Of a DNA stretch of 61,667 nt, positions 36,498 to 45,952 are shown piece by piece. Position 1 is the first letter of the stretch; every line of letters begins with the position of its first letter. The position numbers were made by a program, and so were the translations under genes. The stretch covers positions 5,058 through 66,724 of the forward strand of contig DAINQE010000008.1 in NCBI GenBank assembly GCA_036743055.1, in the 5' to 3' direction. The notes below the pieces were generated by a model. It saw nothing but the letters and a program-made list of their open reading frames with translations. It was not told where the DNA came from and did no database searches. Source of the DNA: Candidatus Sabulitectum sp. (GTDB lineage Bacteria > Fermentibacterota > Fermentibacteria > Fermentibacterales > JCC-6).

Positions 36498-37584
36498 GAG
36501 CGGCGGAGCCAGGCTGGGCTCCCTCCATCTGGGTCACGGGGAGGTGGAAACCCCCGTCTTCATGCCCGTGGGGACCCAGGGCACAGTGAAGACGGTTCGC
36601 AACGCCGATCTCGAGGCAGACGGTTACAGAATAATCCTGGGCAACACATACCACCTCTACCTGAGACCGGGACTTGAACTCCTGGAAGAGGCGGGGGGGC
36701 TTCACAGCTTCATGAACTGGAACCGTAACATTCTCACCGACAGCGGCGGTTTTCAGCTTTTCAGCCTCTCATCCCTGCGAAAGGTCACCGAAGAGGGGTA
36801 CAGCTTCCAGTCCCACATCGACGGCAGCAGCCACATCCTTACACCTGAGAAGGTGGTCGAGGCCCAGAGGATCTTCGGCAGCGATGTGATGATGGTGCTG
36901 GACGAATGCCTGGAACAGCCCAGCGGAGAGGCGCAGACCGCCGATTCGGTGGAGCTGACCCTGCGCTGGGCTGAGAGGGCGAGAAAACTTCATCCAGGTG
37001 GCTCCCAGGCCATGTTCGGCATCGTCCAGGGAGGGGGATTCCCTTACCTGAGGAAGAAGTGTGCCGAAGCCCTGGTGGGAATGGATTTCGACGGATACGC
37101 CATAGGCGGGGTCGCCGTGGGAGAGGAAAGGCCAATGATGGAACTTGCGGTGAACAGCTGCATCCCCAGCCTCCCGGCGGACAGGCCCAGATACCTGATG
37201 GGAGTAGGCAAGCCCGAGGACATCGTGGACTTCGTGGGTATGGGTGTTGACATGTTCGACTGCGTGGTACCCACCAGGAACGCCAGGGGGGCCTGCTTCT
37301 TCGTTCCCGAGGGAAGGCTCAACATCAGGAACGCCAGGTTCCGCGGTGACTTCAGGCCGGTGCAGGAGGACTGCGGCTGCTATGTCTGCCGGAACCACAC
37401 AAGGGCCTACCTGAGACACCTGTTCATCGCTAAGGAGTGGCTTGCACCCATTTTCGCCACCCTGCACAACCTCCACTACTTCGCCACACTCACCGAATCC
37501 CTCAGGGAAGCGATAAAGGAAGACAGGTTCAGGGAAACCGCCGGGGATATCCTGGGAAGGATGGGCAGGCTTGGGAAGCGCTGA
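36463..37584 (+). CDS. tgt: tRNA-guanine transglycosylase (queuine tRNA-ribosyltransferase)
   Basis: ...GARLGSLHLGHGEVETPVFMPVGTQGTVK, LGNTYHL, TDSGGFQ, GIVQGG, Zn site CGCYVCRNHTRAYLRHL. Start proposed at the TTG at 36463 (AGGAGG 9 nt upstream); the exact start is uncertain. Confidence 0.92.
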   Translation: MSRTPWFQLKAESGGARLGSLHLGHGEVETPVFMPVGTQGTVKTVRNADLEADGYRIILGNTYHLYLRPGLELLEEAGGLHSFMNWNRNILTDSGGFQLFSLSSLRKVTEEGYSFQSHIDGSSHILTPEKVVEAQRIFGSDVMMVLDECLEQPSGEAQTADSVELTLRWAERARKLHPGGSQAMFGIVQGGGFPYLRKKCAEALVGMDFDGYAIGGVAVGEERPMMELAVNSCIPSLPADRPRYLMGVGKPEDIVDFVGMGVDMFDCVVPTRNARGACFFVPEGRLNIRNARFRGDFRPVQEDCGCYVCRNHTRAYLRHLFIAKEWLAPIFATLHNLHYFATLTESLREAIKEDRFRETAGDILGRMGRLGKR

Positions 37585-38746
37585 GAGGCTTCGAATCGAC
37601 TTCCTGGGAAACAGGGTGGGAGGCATAGCCAGGCCCGAGGACCGCCCGGCGGTCTTCGTAAGGGGTGCCCTTCCCGGCGAGGAGGTCCTTGTGGAGTACA
37701 CCTCCAGCAAGAAGAGTTATTCCGAGGCCAGGATCATCTCCGTGGAAAAGCCCTCCCCCCACAGGATCGACCCTTTCTGCCCCCTGTACGGCCGTTGCGG
37801 CGGCTGCTCCCTGCAGCATATCGAATACTCCGAAGAGCTCAGGTGGAAAAGGGAATGGGTATCCAAGGCCCTGCGGAGCCTCGATTCGCCGGAAGTTGAG
37901 GAGGTGATCCCCTCTCCCCTGACCCGGGGGTACAGGAACAGGGTAACATTCGACCTTGTGGAAGGGCAACTGACCCTCCACGCCTTCAGGGGTGACCCCC
38001 TGCCTGTGGACAGCTGCCCTCTGATGAACGGCGGAGCCAGGAAAGCGCTCTCCGGCATTGATCCGTGTTCTATCCCGGAGGGGGTCTCCAGGATCTCCGC
38101 AAGGGGCGGCGAGCACACCGGAGACAGCGCTCTGGAGTACTTCAGCGGGGGCAGGTGGATACGGAAGGGAGAGCTGAGGGAGAGGCTCAACGGTCTCCTC
38201 TACGAGGTTCCCGCAGGGGGTTTCTTCCAGGTGAACACCCTCTCCGCCGAACTTCTTGTGGACATGGTGATGGGTATGATCCCGCCTGGCTCCGGGAAGG
38301 CGCTTGACCTGTACGGTGGAGCCGGCACCTTTTCCGTTCCAATGGCACTCAGTGGTATTGAGGTGGATTCCGTGGAGATGAACCGTGAAGCGTCCGCGGC
38401 CTGCGGGAAGGCAGCCCTGCTGAACGGTGTCAGTGAGGGAGGGCTCACCGCCCACCGGTCCAGGGATCGGAACTTCCTCTCAGAAGCGATCAGGGAGAGC
38501 GCGAAATACGATGTGATAGTGACCGACCCGCCCAGGGCGGGTATGGGCATCAGAATAACAAGGCAGCTGCGGAGGATCGCCCCTGAAGCGATTATCTATG
38601 TCAGCTGCAACCCCTTCGCCTCCGCGAGGGACATATCTGTCCTTCTCGAAGGCGGTTACAGGATCGCCCGCGTGGCTCCGGTGGATCTCTTCCCCCGGAC
38701 CGACCACGTGGAAACCGTGTTCCTTCTGGAAGGGAAGACCCTATGA
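37571..38746 (+). CDS. TRAM-domain 23S rRNA/tRNA (uracil-5-)-methyltransferase (RlmD/TrmA family)
   Basis: TRAM-like N-terminus (VFVRGALPGEEVLVEYT...), Fe-S Cys cluster CPLYGRCGGCSLQH, SAM fold LDLYGGAGTFSVP, and catalytic region ...YVSCNP. Confidence 0.85.
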   Translation: MGSAERLRIDFLGNRVGGIARPEDRPAVFVRGALPGEEVLVEYTSSKKSYSEARIISVEKPSPHRIDPFCPLYGRCGGCSLQHIEYSEELRWKREWVSKALRSLDSPEVEEVIPSPLTRGYRNRVTFDLVEGQLTLHAFRGDPLPVDSCPLMNGGARKALSGIDPCSIPEGVSRISARGGEHTGDSALEYFSGGRWIRKGELRERLNGLLYEVPAGGFFQVNTLSAELLVDMVMGMIPPGSGKALDLYGGAGTFSVPMALSGIEVDSVEMNREASAACGKAALLNGVSEGGLTAHRSRDRNFLSEAIRESAKYDVIVTDPPRAGMGIRITRQLRRIAPEAIIYVSCNPFASARDISVLLEGGYRIARVAPVDLFPRTDHVETVFLLEGKTL

Positions 38747-40116
38747 CTTTCATCGCGGCCATGCTTGCCGCGGCAGTGTCCGCGGCGCCGGTTCCCCTGG
38801 AGGATCCCCTCTTCCAGTGGATCTACCACACGGAGACCTTCGGTCCCCTTCTTCCCGGGGAGCTCCCCGGCGATCATTCCGTTTCATACGACCCCATGCC
38901 TGGATCATCATGGATATGGGAACTCATCCAGGACAGGTCGGAGAACGATACCTGGCGCTTCGCCGTTTCCGGCGAACTTATGGAACCTGAGAACGAGGAC
39001 CTGATCTCCAGGGCAGGGGGCACCGCCGCCCTCTACATGTCCCCGATGGACTGGCTCTCCTTCCATGAGAGGGTCTCCATCTGGACGGGATCCGACGGCA
39101 ACCCGCCCTCGGGCTTCTCCCCTTTTCACTACGGTCTCGAGCACGGCAGACACCTGTACGTCGACTGGGGCTACGCAACAGGAGTCACCGGCCCCCTGTC
39201 AGTCTCCCTTGGGAGAATACCGCTTCGCTGGGGTCCCGGAAGGTTCTCGCAGCTGCTTATCTCAGGCAAGGCCCCGGCGATGGACATGCTGCACATATCC
39301 CTGGACCTGGGAAGCTCCGTGAGGTTCACGGGATTCACCTCCACCATTGATTCGGATTCTTCAACCTGGCTCTCGGCCCACAGGCTGGATATCAAGGCCC
39401 TGGAGAACCTGAGGATAGGCCTTTCCGAATCGGTGCTCTACTCCGCCGACGGGATCGACCTGGCCTACGCCAACCTTATCATCCCCTGGTATCCGGTTCA
39501 GTGGAACGAAAGGGAGGACGACAATGCCTTTCTCTGTTTCGACGCCACCTGGCAGCCGTTTTCCGGACTGGCCCTGTACAGCGAGTTCCTCATCGACGAC
39601 ATACAGTACGAGAACGTGAACGACGTGCCCAACAAGCTGGGCTGGACCATAGGGGCCGACGGCTTCCACAGGCCAAGCGGCCTGGGCGCGGTACTGGAGT
39701 ACACCGCCGTACAGAGGTATGTCTACAGCCAGCGTAAGGAGGCGAACTACTACCTCCATGACGGAAGGATAATCGGATGTCAGCTGGGTCCCGACGCCGA
39801 CATGGCCACCGCCTCTCTCTCCTGGTGCGGAATGCCCGGAATAACCGCGGAACTCACCGGAAGCTATCTGAGAAATGGCGAAGCCGATGTTTACGAGGGC
39901 TGGCCCGACTCGGTGAGCACAGGCGGCCCATTCCCCTCGGGCGTAGTCGAGAAGACCACCAGTCTTTCGCTGGATCTGGCCTGGTACCGGGGCAGCTTGC
40001 TGGAGATAAGGGCGGGGGGATACCTCAGCTCCACTGAGAATGCCGGACATCAGACCGGTGAATCGATGGATGACCGGGGCGTGTATCTGCAGGCAACGGC
40101 CAACTTCGTAAGATAA
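38743..40116 (+). CDS. Outer-membrane beta-barrel protein, possibly capsule-assembly Wzi-like
   Basis: Signal peptide MTFIAAMLAAAVSAAP. ...LSLGRIPLRWGPGRFSQLLISGKAPAMDML... resembles the Wzi family, with alternating beta-strand pattern to a C-terminal aromatic residue (...ATANFVR). Family assignment is tentative. Confidence 0.45.
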   Translation: MTFIAAMLAAAVSAAPVPLEDPLFQWIYHTETFGPLLPGELPGDHSVSYDPMPGSSWIWELIQDRSENDTWRFAVSGELMEPENEDLISRAGGTAALYMSPMDWLSFHERVSIWTGSDGNPPSGFSPFHYGLEHGRHLYVDWGYATGVTGPLSVSLGRIPLRWGPGRFSQLLISGKAPAMDMLHISLDLGSSVRFTGFTSTIDSDSSTWLSAHRLDIKALENLRIGLSESVLYSADGIDLAYANLIIPWYPVQWNEREDDNAFLCFDATWQPFSGLALYSEFLIDDIQYENVNDVPNKLGWTIGADGFHRPSGLGAVLEYTAVQRYVYSQRKEANYYLHDGRIIGCQLGPDADMATASLSWCGMPGITAELTGSYLRNGEADVYEGWPDSVSTGGPFPSGVVEKTTSLSLDLAWYRGSLLEIRAGGYLSSTENAGHQTGESMDDRGVYLQATANFVR

Positions 40117-40137
40117 ACCACCGAAAGAGCAGGCGAA

Positions 40138-43017
40138 ATGGCTGAACACGGTTTCCAGATACGGAATACAAGCTTCCTGCAGTCTGTGAGAAGCACTGTG
40201 ACACAGGCGGTTCATAACCCCACCGGGGCCCTCCTGGTGCACCTCGACTGCCCTGAAGAGCGGGAGAACTTCTTCGCAGCGTGCTTCAGGACACCCCCGG
40301 AGGACGACACCGGTGTTCCCCACATCATAGAGCACACCGTCCTCAACGGCTCCGGGAAATATCCGGTGAAGGACCCGTTCATGGAAATGGTGAAGAGCAG
40401 CATGGCCACCTTCATCAACGCCATGACCTACGGCGACAGGACCGTTTACCCATGCGGCAGCATGAACCGGAAAGACTTCATGAACCTGGTCTCCGTCTAC
40501 ATGGATGCGGTGTTTCACCCTCTCCTGAAGGAGGAATCCTTCATGCAGGAGGGCTACAGGCTGGATTATTCAGAAGAGTCGGGCAAACTTGTTCACAACG
40601 GAGTAGTCTACAACGAGATGAAGGGAGCCTACTCCGACCCCGACAGCCTGATGGAGAGGGAGGTTGCCAGGCTTCTCTACCCTGGGGGCTCGTGCGGAAA
40701 GGACTCCGGCGGCGATCCGCCGGCTGTGGCCGGACTCACATGGGAGGCGTTCAGGGATTTCTACCACAGCCACTACACGCCAGACAACTGCTGCCTTTTC
40801 GCCCTTACTTCCATCCCGTTCGACGATTTCGCCGGTTTCATGGACAGCAGGCTCCCCAGGGGAAGAAAGGGTTCGGTGAAGCATATCATGCAGGAACCGT
40901 TCACCGAACCGGTCCGCCAGGAGATACCTGTGCCGGGTAGCGGTGAGGGATGCACGGTCTTGAGCGCCTGGATGGTAAACCAGGCCGGGGACCCGGGGGA
41001 AGCGCTGGCCTTCTCCCTGCTTGAGGAGATACTCCTCGAGGATGACTCGTCTCCGGTGAAGCAGGCCCTTATGGACTCAGGTCTGGGAACGGGTCTGTCC
41101 GTGTGCGGCTACGATTCCGACCCCGTGCAGAGGAATTTCATCATCGGCCTGAAGGGCGTGCGGAGGAAGAGGGCACCCGAAGTCCTTGAACTCATCAACA
41201 GGACACTTGAAGACCTTTCCGTCAATGGGCTGAAGGGCGAACTGGTCAGGGACATGCTGCACCGGAAGGAACTCCATCTCAGGCACACAGGTTCCGGCTG
41301 GCCCATGGCGCTCATGGGAGCGGTTACAGCCGCCTGGACCCACGGAGAGGACATATGCCGCACCCTTAACCTTGACGGGCTCCTGGAGGACCTGAAGAGG
41401 GAACTCATGGAGAACCCCCGTTTCCTCGAGGAGATGATCCGCAGGTGGCTCATCGGGAACCCCCACCGGGCCGACGCCGTCTTCTACCCCCACAGCGGGC
41501 ACTTCAAACACATGGAAAAGGTGGAGGAGAGGAAGCTTCGCCACAGACTCGAGAACACATCCCGGAAGGAACTTGAGAGTATCCGGGAACGCACTGAGAG
41601 ACTGGAGGAATACGCAGCCGCCGCGAATCCTCCCGAGGCGCTGGCCACACTTCCCAAGCTGGAACTTTCCGACATTCCCCCATCAAGCGGGGCGATATTC
41701 CACACACTTGAAAACACGGTAACCGCTGACCTTCTCTCCACGGAGATCGACAGCCGGGGTGTATGCTACGTGGACCTGGCCCTGGACCTGTCCGAACTGC
41801 CGGAAGACCTCATCCCCTGGGCCGCTTTCTACGGAGACCTGATCACCCGAACCGGAGCCGGCGGCAGGGATCACCTGGAACTGGCGGAGGCGGAACTCTC
41901 CTGCTCCGGCGGAATCAGCGCTTCGGTGAAATGCGTCACCGACGACTTCTGCTCAATCGGAAGGTCATCGGTTATCCTCAGGGTGTCCGGATACTGTCTG
42001 GAGAACGACCTGGAAAAGATGCTGGCCGTCATGGAGCAGCGGATACTCCACCCGGATGTGACCCACCATGGAAGGATAGTCACCGTTGCCGGCGAAACGG
42101 CGGAGCACGAAAGAAGCTCACTGATACCCAGGGGACACACCTTCGCCATGCTTGCAGCAAGGGCCCCCCTCTCCAGGGGGCACGGCATCTCGAACCTTCT
42201 CCATGGAACCCCGTCGCTGAAGCTCCTCGACTCGGTGGAGAACAGCAACGCCGGCAAGCACGCCGAAGTGCTGGGTTCCATAAGGACTCTTATCGCCGCT
42301 GGTGTTCCAGCAACGGCGGCATGGACTGGCCCGGCCTCAAGGGAGGGAATGATGCGGAACTGGCTGGAAGGCCTTCCATTCCGTCCGGGCAGAAAACTGG
42401 AGGAAAACCGGGAACCGGAGTGGGTGGGCAAACCCGCCAGGCTGGGCCTGCAGACGGGGCCGGGAACCTGTTTCGCCGCCGCCGCACTGCCGGGGCTGCC
42501 CATGGGGCACCGGCTGTATGCCCCTGGAACGGTTTTTCTCAGGCTGCTTTCCGAGGGTTATCTGTGGGATTCCATAAGGGTTCAGAGGGGAGCCTATGGA
42601 GCCGGAGCCTCCCTCACTGGAGGCACCGTCAGTTTCTACTCGTACAGGGATCCTTCCCCTGCGGAGAGCATAGGTTTCTTCAGGAAGTCGGTCCTTGGAG
42701 GCATCGGTGAGGTTGACCTCACAAGAAGGTCCATAGAAGATTCCATTGTGGCCGGTATGAGGGGAACAGACCCCCCGGTTAGACCGGCCATGGCCAACGG
42801 CATCGCCCTTGCCAGGCACTTCAGGGGCGTCACCAGGGAGAGGGCCAGGGAATACAGGGAGGCACTGCTTGAGGTTACCGCCGAAACAGTCGAGGAGTTC
42901 GGCGCCTGGCTCAGCGGCTCCGCCGTGGGACTGAGCCTGGTGGTTATGGGAAGCGAGGAGTGCATGGCATCCGCTTCCGCTTATATCGATATTATGGAAG
43001 AAGTGGATGGAGGCTGA
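40138..43017 (+). CDS. M16 family metallopeptidase (PreP/insulinase-like, M16C)
   Basis: Inverted zinc motif GVPHIIEHTVLNGS...; FINAMTYGDRTVYP; 959-aa four-domain clamshell size. Confidence 0.9.
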   Translation: MAEHGFQIRNTSFLQSVRSTVTQAVHNPTGALLVHLDCPEERENFFAACFRTPPEDDTGVPHIIEHTVLNGSGKYPVKDPFMEMVKSSMATFINAMTYGDRTVYPCGSMNRKDFMNLVSVYMDAVFHPLLKEESFMQEGYRLDYSEESGKLVHNGVVYNEMKGAYSDPDSLMEREVARLLYPGGSCGKDSGGDPPAVAGLTWEAFRDFYHSHYTPDNCCLFALTSIPFDDFAGFMDSRLPRGRKGSVKHIMQEPFTEPVRQEIPVPGSGEGCTVLSAWMVNQAGDPGEALAFSLLEEILLEDDSSPVKQALMDSGLGTGLSVCGYDSDPVQRNFIIGLKGVRRKRAPEVLELINRTLEDLSVNGLKGELVRDMLHRKELHLRHTGSGWPMALMGAVTAAWTHGEDICRTLNLDGLLEDLKRELMENPRFLEEMIRRWLIGNPHRADAVFYPHSGHFKHMEKVEERKLRHRLENTSRKELESIRERTERLEEYAAAANPPEALATLPKLELSDIPPSSGAIFHTLENTVTADLLSTEIDSRGVCYVDLALDLSELPEDLIPWAAFYGDLITRTGAGGRDHLELAEAELSCSGGISASVKCVTDDFCSIGRSSVILRVSGYCLENDLEKMLAVMEQRILHPDVTHHGRIVTVAGETAEHERSSLIPRGHTFAMLAARAPLSRGHGISNLLHGTPSLKLLDSVENSNAGKHAEVLGSIRTLIAAGVPATAAWTGPASREGMMRNWLEGLPFRPGRKLEENREPEWVGKPARLGLQTGPGTCFAAAALPGLPMGHRLYAPGTVFLRLLSEGYLWDSIRVQRGAYGAGASLTGGTVSFYSYRDPSPAESIGFFRKSVLGGIGEVDLTRRSIEDSIVAGMRGTDPPVRPAMANGIALARHFRGVTRERAREYREALLEVTAETVEEFGAWLSGSAVGLSLVVMGSEECMASASAYIDIMEEVDGG

Positions 43018-43020
43018 GCA

Positions 43021-43290
43021 ATGGATACCGCATCGCTGGTGATAGGCATAATTTCCGTGATAATAGGGTTCATACCCTGCATACAGGTCTTCGTATTCCT
43101 TCCGGCCCTGGTGGGGCTGATCCTGGGAGTGGTGTCATTCATAAGGAAGAGGCAGGTGGAGGAGCCCACCGGTACCGCACTGGCCGGGATCATCCTCAAC
43201 GCCATTCCCCTGCTGGTGATGACCGCCCTTGCCGTTTTCGTGGGGATAGGAGCCGACGCCTCCACCATCAATGACATGACAATCAAGTAG
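43021..43290 (+). CDS. Small membrane protein (two TM helices)
   Basis: 89 aa, MDTASLVIGIISVIIGFIPCIQVFVFLPALVGLILGVVSFIRK...; starts one codon after the M16 stop. Confidence 0.55.
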   Translation: MDTASLVIGIISVIIGFIPCIQVFVFLPALVGLILGVVSFIRKRQVEEPTGTALAGIILNAIPLLVMTALAVFVGIGADASTINDMTIK

Positions 43291-43298
43291 AGCGCCCC

Positions 43299-43664
43299 AT
43301 GGGGGCTTACCGAACCCTCAACCTTGTCCTGCTGGGGCTTCTGCTCTTCGCTCCGGTATTCATTCTGATCTCACCTGCCATGGAGCGGGCCTTTCCATCC
43401 GTGTGGAGATGTCACTGGAAGGCGGCTTCTGGCCAGGAATGCCCGTTCTGCGGACTCACCAGGGGCGCCGGGGAGTTCATGGAAACCGGTGATATCCCGC
43501 CGGAGGGGAATCCGCGGCTGAGGCCTCTAGTGACAGGCTACGCCATAGTCCTTCCCGCAAGGGCGGTGTTCACCTGGCTGTCGTTCAGAAGGATGGGCAG
43601 GGCCCTTCCATGGATCGACGGGGCGGTTCACCTCGTTCTTCCAGGGCTTCTATTCTCCCTGTGA
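43299..43664 (+). CDS. DUF2752-like membrane protein
   Basis: CPFCGLTRG motif between TM helices, as in the DUF2752 family (from memory). Confidence 0.65.
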   Translation: MGAYRTLNLVLLGLLLFAPVFILISPAMERAFPSVWRCHWKAASGQECPFCGLTRGAGEFMETGDIPPEGNPRLRPLVTGYAIVLPARAVFTWLSFRRMGRALPWIDGAVHLVLPGLLFSL

Positions 43665-45346
43665 GAACCTCCCAGTACGGCTTCCTTCTGTTTCTGCTTC
43701 TCCGAAGGCTTCAGGGGGATCCTCAGGGGAGAGCCGTCGGGGTATGAACGCCTCGTGAAGTACATCGCGGTGGCGGGGGTCATGGGTGTGGGCAGGAAGA
43801 TCTGTACCTGCCTTGGCAGAGGCCCCAGCCTTCCTATGACGCTCCTGGCCGCCTGCATGTCGCCCAGGGTGCAGCCGGGGAAGGCGGCCATTATATAGGG
43901 CATGAGGTACCTTTCCTCCGCCCTGACCTCCCCTGCTGCCCGCTGGAACATGGCGGCGAACTCCTCCCAGGCCTCCCTGCCCGGTTTCCTCATCAGTTCC
44001 AGTATCCTGTCCACAGTGTGCTCCGGCGCTATCCTCAGATGGCCCGACACGTTCCTCCTGGCCAGCCTCTCCACGAAGGCAGGGTCCTTTACAGCCAGGT
44101 CGTGCCTGATACCGCTGGAGATGAAGACCCGTTTCACCCCGGACACCTGCTCCACGGCGTCGAGGAGTTCAATGTAGCTTCCGTGGTCGGTGCTGAACGC
44201 CGGGCAGATCTCGGGGTAAAGACATGAGGGACGAAGACAGGCACGACAGGCTTCGTCTGAGGAACACCCCAGCCCGTAAAGATTTGCTGTTGGTCCTCCC
44301 AGATCGGAAATGGTGCCCTGGAAACCCGGGGTATCTGCAACTGCCTCAGCTTCCCGGACCACCGACCTCTGGGACCTGCTCACAGGGTACTTTCCCTGGT
44401 GAAGACCTATGGCGCAGAAGCTGCAGCCGCCGCTGCAGCCCCTCACCACCGTAATGGAGTCCCTTATCATGGTGTAGGCCGGTATCTCACCTGCATAGGA
44501 TGGGTGGGGAAGCCTTGTGTAGGGAAGGTCGTACACCGAATCCAGTTCCTCCTTCGACATGGGGTAGCAGGGAGGCTCCACCACGACCATCCTTGAGTCC
44601 GCCGCCTGCACCAGCCGCCTGCCAAGCCAGGGATTCTGATTCTCCTCCACCTGAGCGGTGAGTCCTATAAGGGAGGGAGGGTTCTCCAGAAGCTCTTCAT
44701 GGGATGGGAGCCATATGTCTCCAGGCGTTTCTTCATAGGAGTTCCGATGCATTGCCACCGCGGTTCCCCGTATCCCCGAAAGGTCCTCCCCCCGTGAGAG
44801 CCGCCCGGCTATCTCAACTATCTGCCTCTCCCCCATGCCGTAAACAAGTATGGCGGCCTTTGAGTCAAGGAGGATGGACTTCTTCAGCCTGCTGCTCCAG
44901 AAGTCGTAGTGGCTAACCCTGCGCAGGCTGGCCTCTATTCCCCCGATCACCACCGGAAGCCCCTTGAACACCCTCTGAACGATGTTCGTGTACTTCAGCA
45001 GGGCCCTGTCGGGCCTTCTTCCCGCGGCTCCGCCCTCGGTGTAGGCGTCGTTGGTGCGGATCCGCCCCAGGGAGGTGTAGTGGTTAACCATGGAGTCCAT
45101 GTTGCCGGAGGTGACCCCTGCGAAGAGAAGCGGCCTGCCCATGGCCTCCAGGGTCTCAGGACGGCTGCAGTCGGGCTGGGCGATGATCCCCACCCTGTAA
45201 CCAGCCGCAAGAAGGACCCTTCCGATGACCGCTGCGCCGAATGAGGGGTGATCCACATATGCGTCCCCGGTAACAAGGAGCACGTCGAGTTCACTCCACC
45301 CCAGCAGGTCCATCTCGCGGCGGCTCATGGGAAGCGGCTTTTTCAT
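43628..45346 (-). CDS. ygiQ: YgiQ family radical SAM protein
   Basis: N-terminal MSRREMDLLGWSELDVLLVTGDAYVDHPSFG..., radical SAM cluster RGCSGGCSFCAI, about 570 aa. Confidence 0.9.
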   Translation of the reverse strand: MKKPLPMSRREMDLLGWSELDVLLVTGDAYVDHPSFGAAVIGRVLLAAGYRVGIIAQPDCSRPETLEAMGRPLLFAGVTSGNMDSMVNHYTSLGRIRTNDAYTEGGAAGRRPDRALLKYTNIVQRVFKGLPVVIGGIEASLRRVSHYDFWSSRLKKSILLDSKAAILVYGMGERQIVEIAGRLSRGEDLSGIRGTAVAMHRNSYEETPGDIWLPSHEELLENPPSLIGLTAQVEENQNPWLGRRLVQAADSRMVVVEPPCYPMSKEELDSVYDLPYTRLPHPSYAGEIPAYTMIRDSITVVRGCSGGCSFCAIGLHQGKYPVSRSQRSVVREAEAVADTPGFQGTISDLGGPTANLYGLGCSSDEACRACLRPSCLYPEICPAFSTDHGSYIELLDAVEQVSGVKRVFISSGIRHDLAVKDPAFVERLARRNVSGHLRIAPEHTVDRILELMRKPGREAWEEFAAMFQRAAGEVRAEERYLMPYIMAAFPGCTLGDMQAARSVIGRLGPLPRQVQIFLPTPMTPATAMYFTRRSYPDGSPLRIPLKPSEKQKQKEAVLGGSHRENRSPGRTR

Positions 45347-45468
45347 CTGGCTAGTGTGCGTGAAAAACCTCTGATTGTCAAGCGAAACGAGCGCACTTGA
45401 AAAACCCGGGGACCTGGTGGTACCTGGATATGTAAACCCATGTTCACCAGCTCAAAGGAGGAGCAAAA

Positions 45469-45915
45469 ATGCAGGAAGAGAGAAAAACACTGTTCGAGGC
45501 AAGGGTCTCCGCCGGAAGGAACACCTTCTTCATCGACGCAAGGCAGGCGGTGAACGGCCACTACTACATCTCGGTCACCGATTCCAGAAGGCAGGAGGAC
45601 GGCACCTTCCAGCAGCAGAAGGTCATCGTTTTCGAGGAGTCGGTGAAGGAGTTCGCCGATGCGGTGGCCGAGGCTGGGAAGATCATAGGAAGCCTCTACG
45701 GCGACCGCCGGAAAGAGGAGATCGCCGAGATCAGGAAGACCCACCCCCGGGCCTTCATGAAGTGGGAAGAAGATGAAGAGAAGAAGCTGGAAAAGCTCTT
45801 CAGGAAGGGAACCGAAATAGAGGACCTCGCCCGGGAGTTCGGAAGGAGCCAGGGCTCCGTCCTTGCCAGGCTCGAGAGAATGAAGCTCATCGAACCCGCC
45901 GCCTCCGGAGAGTAA
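45469..45915 (+). CDS. PUR-alpha-like (DUF3276-type) nucleic-acid-binding protein with C-terminal Myb/SANT-like helix bundle
   Basis: LFEARVSAGRNTFFIDARQAVNGHYYISVTDSRR...QQQKVIVFEESVKEF matches bacterial Pur-like repeats. C-terminus KWEEDEEKKLEKLFRKGTEIEDLAREFGRSQGSVLARLERMKL. Confidence 0.65.
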   Translation: MQEERKTLFEARVSAGRNTFFIDARQAVNGHYYISVTDSRRQEDGTFQQQKVIVFEESVKEFADAVAEAGKIIGSLYGDRRKEEIAEIRKTHPRAFMKWEEDEEKKLEKLFRKGTEIEDLAREFGRSQGSVLARLERMKLIEPAASGE

Positions 45916-45952
45916 ACTCGCTCCTTACCCGGGAAATCCCTATACTTCCGCA

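Noticed and set aside
36769-38455. Two long minus-strand ORFs (313 and 308 aa) antisense to tgt and the methyltransferase
   Set aside because: Shadow ORFs with P/G/R/H-rich composition; the plus-strand genes carry clear family motifs.
39361-40518. 385-aa minus-strand ORF spanning the Wzi-like/M16 junction
   Set aside because: It crosses an intergenic gap between two well-supported plus-strand genes and has shadow-ORF composition.
41763-42710. 315-aa alternative-frame ORF inside the M16 peptidase
   Set aside because: R/G/P-rich with no motifs; the M16 frame is continuous over 959 codons.
43015-43023. The M16 peptidase TGA stop is in the same frame as the next ORF (TGA GCA ATG), which could suggest readthrough or Sec fusion
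   Set aside because: Same-frame adjacency is expected by chance one time in three. The stop does not fall in any conserved motif, and I saw no obvious SECIS-like hairpin. The same applies to queA/35391.
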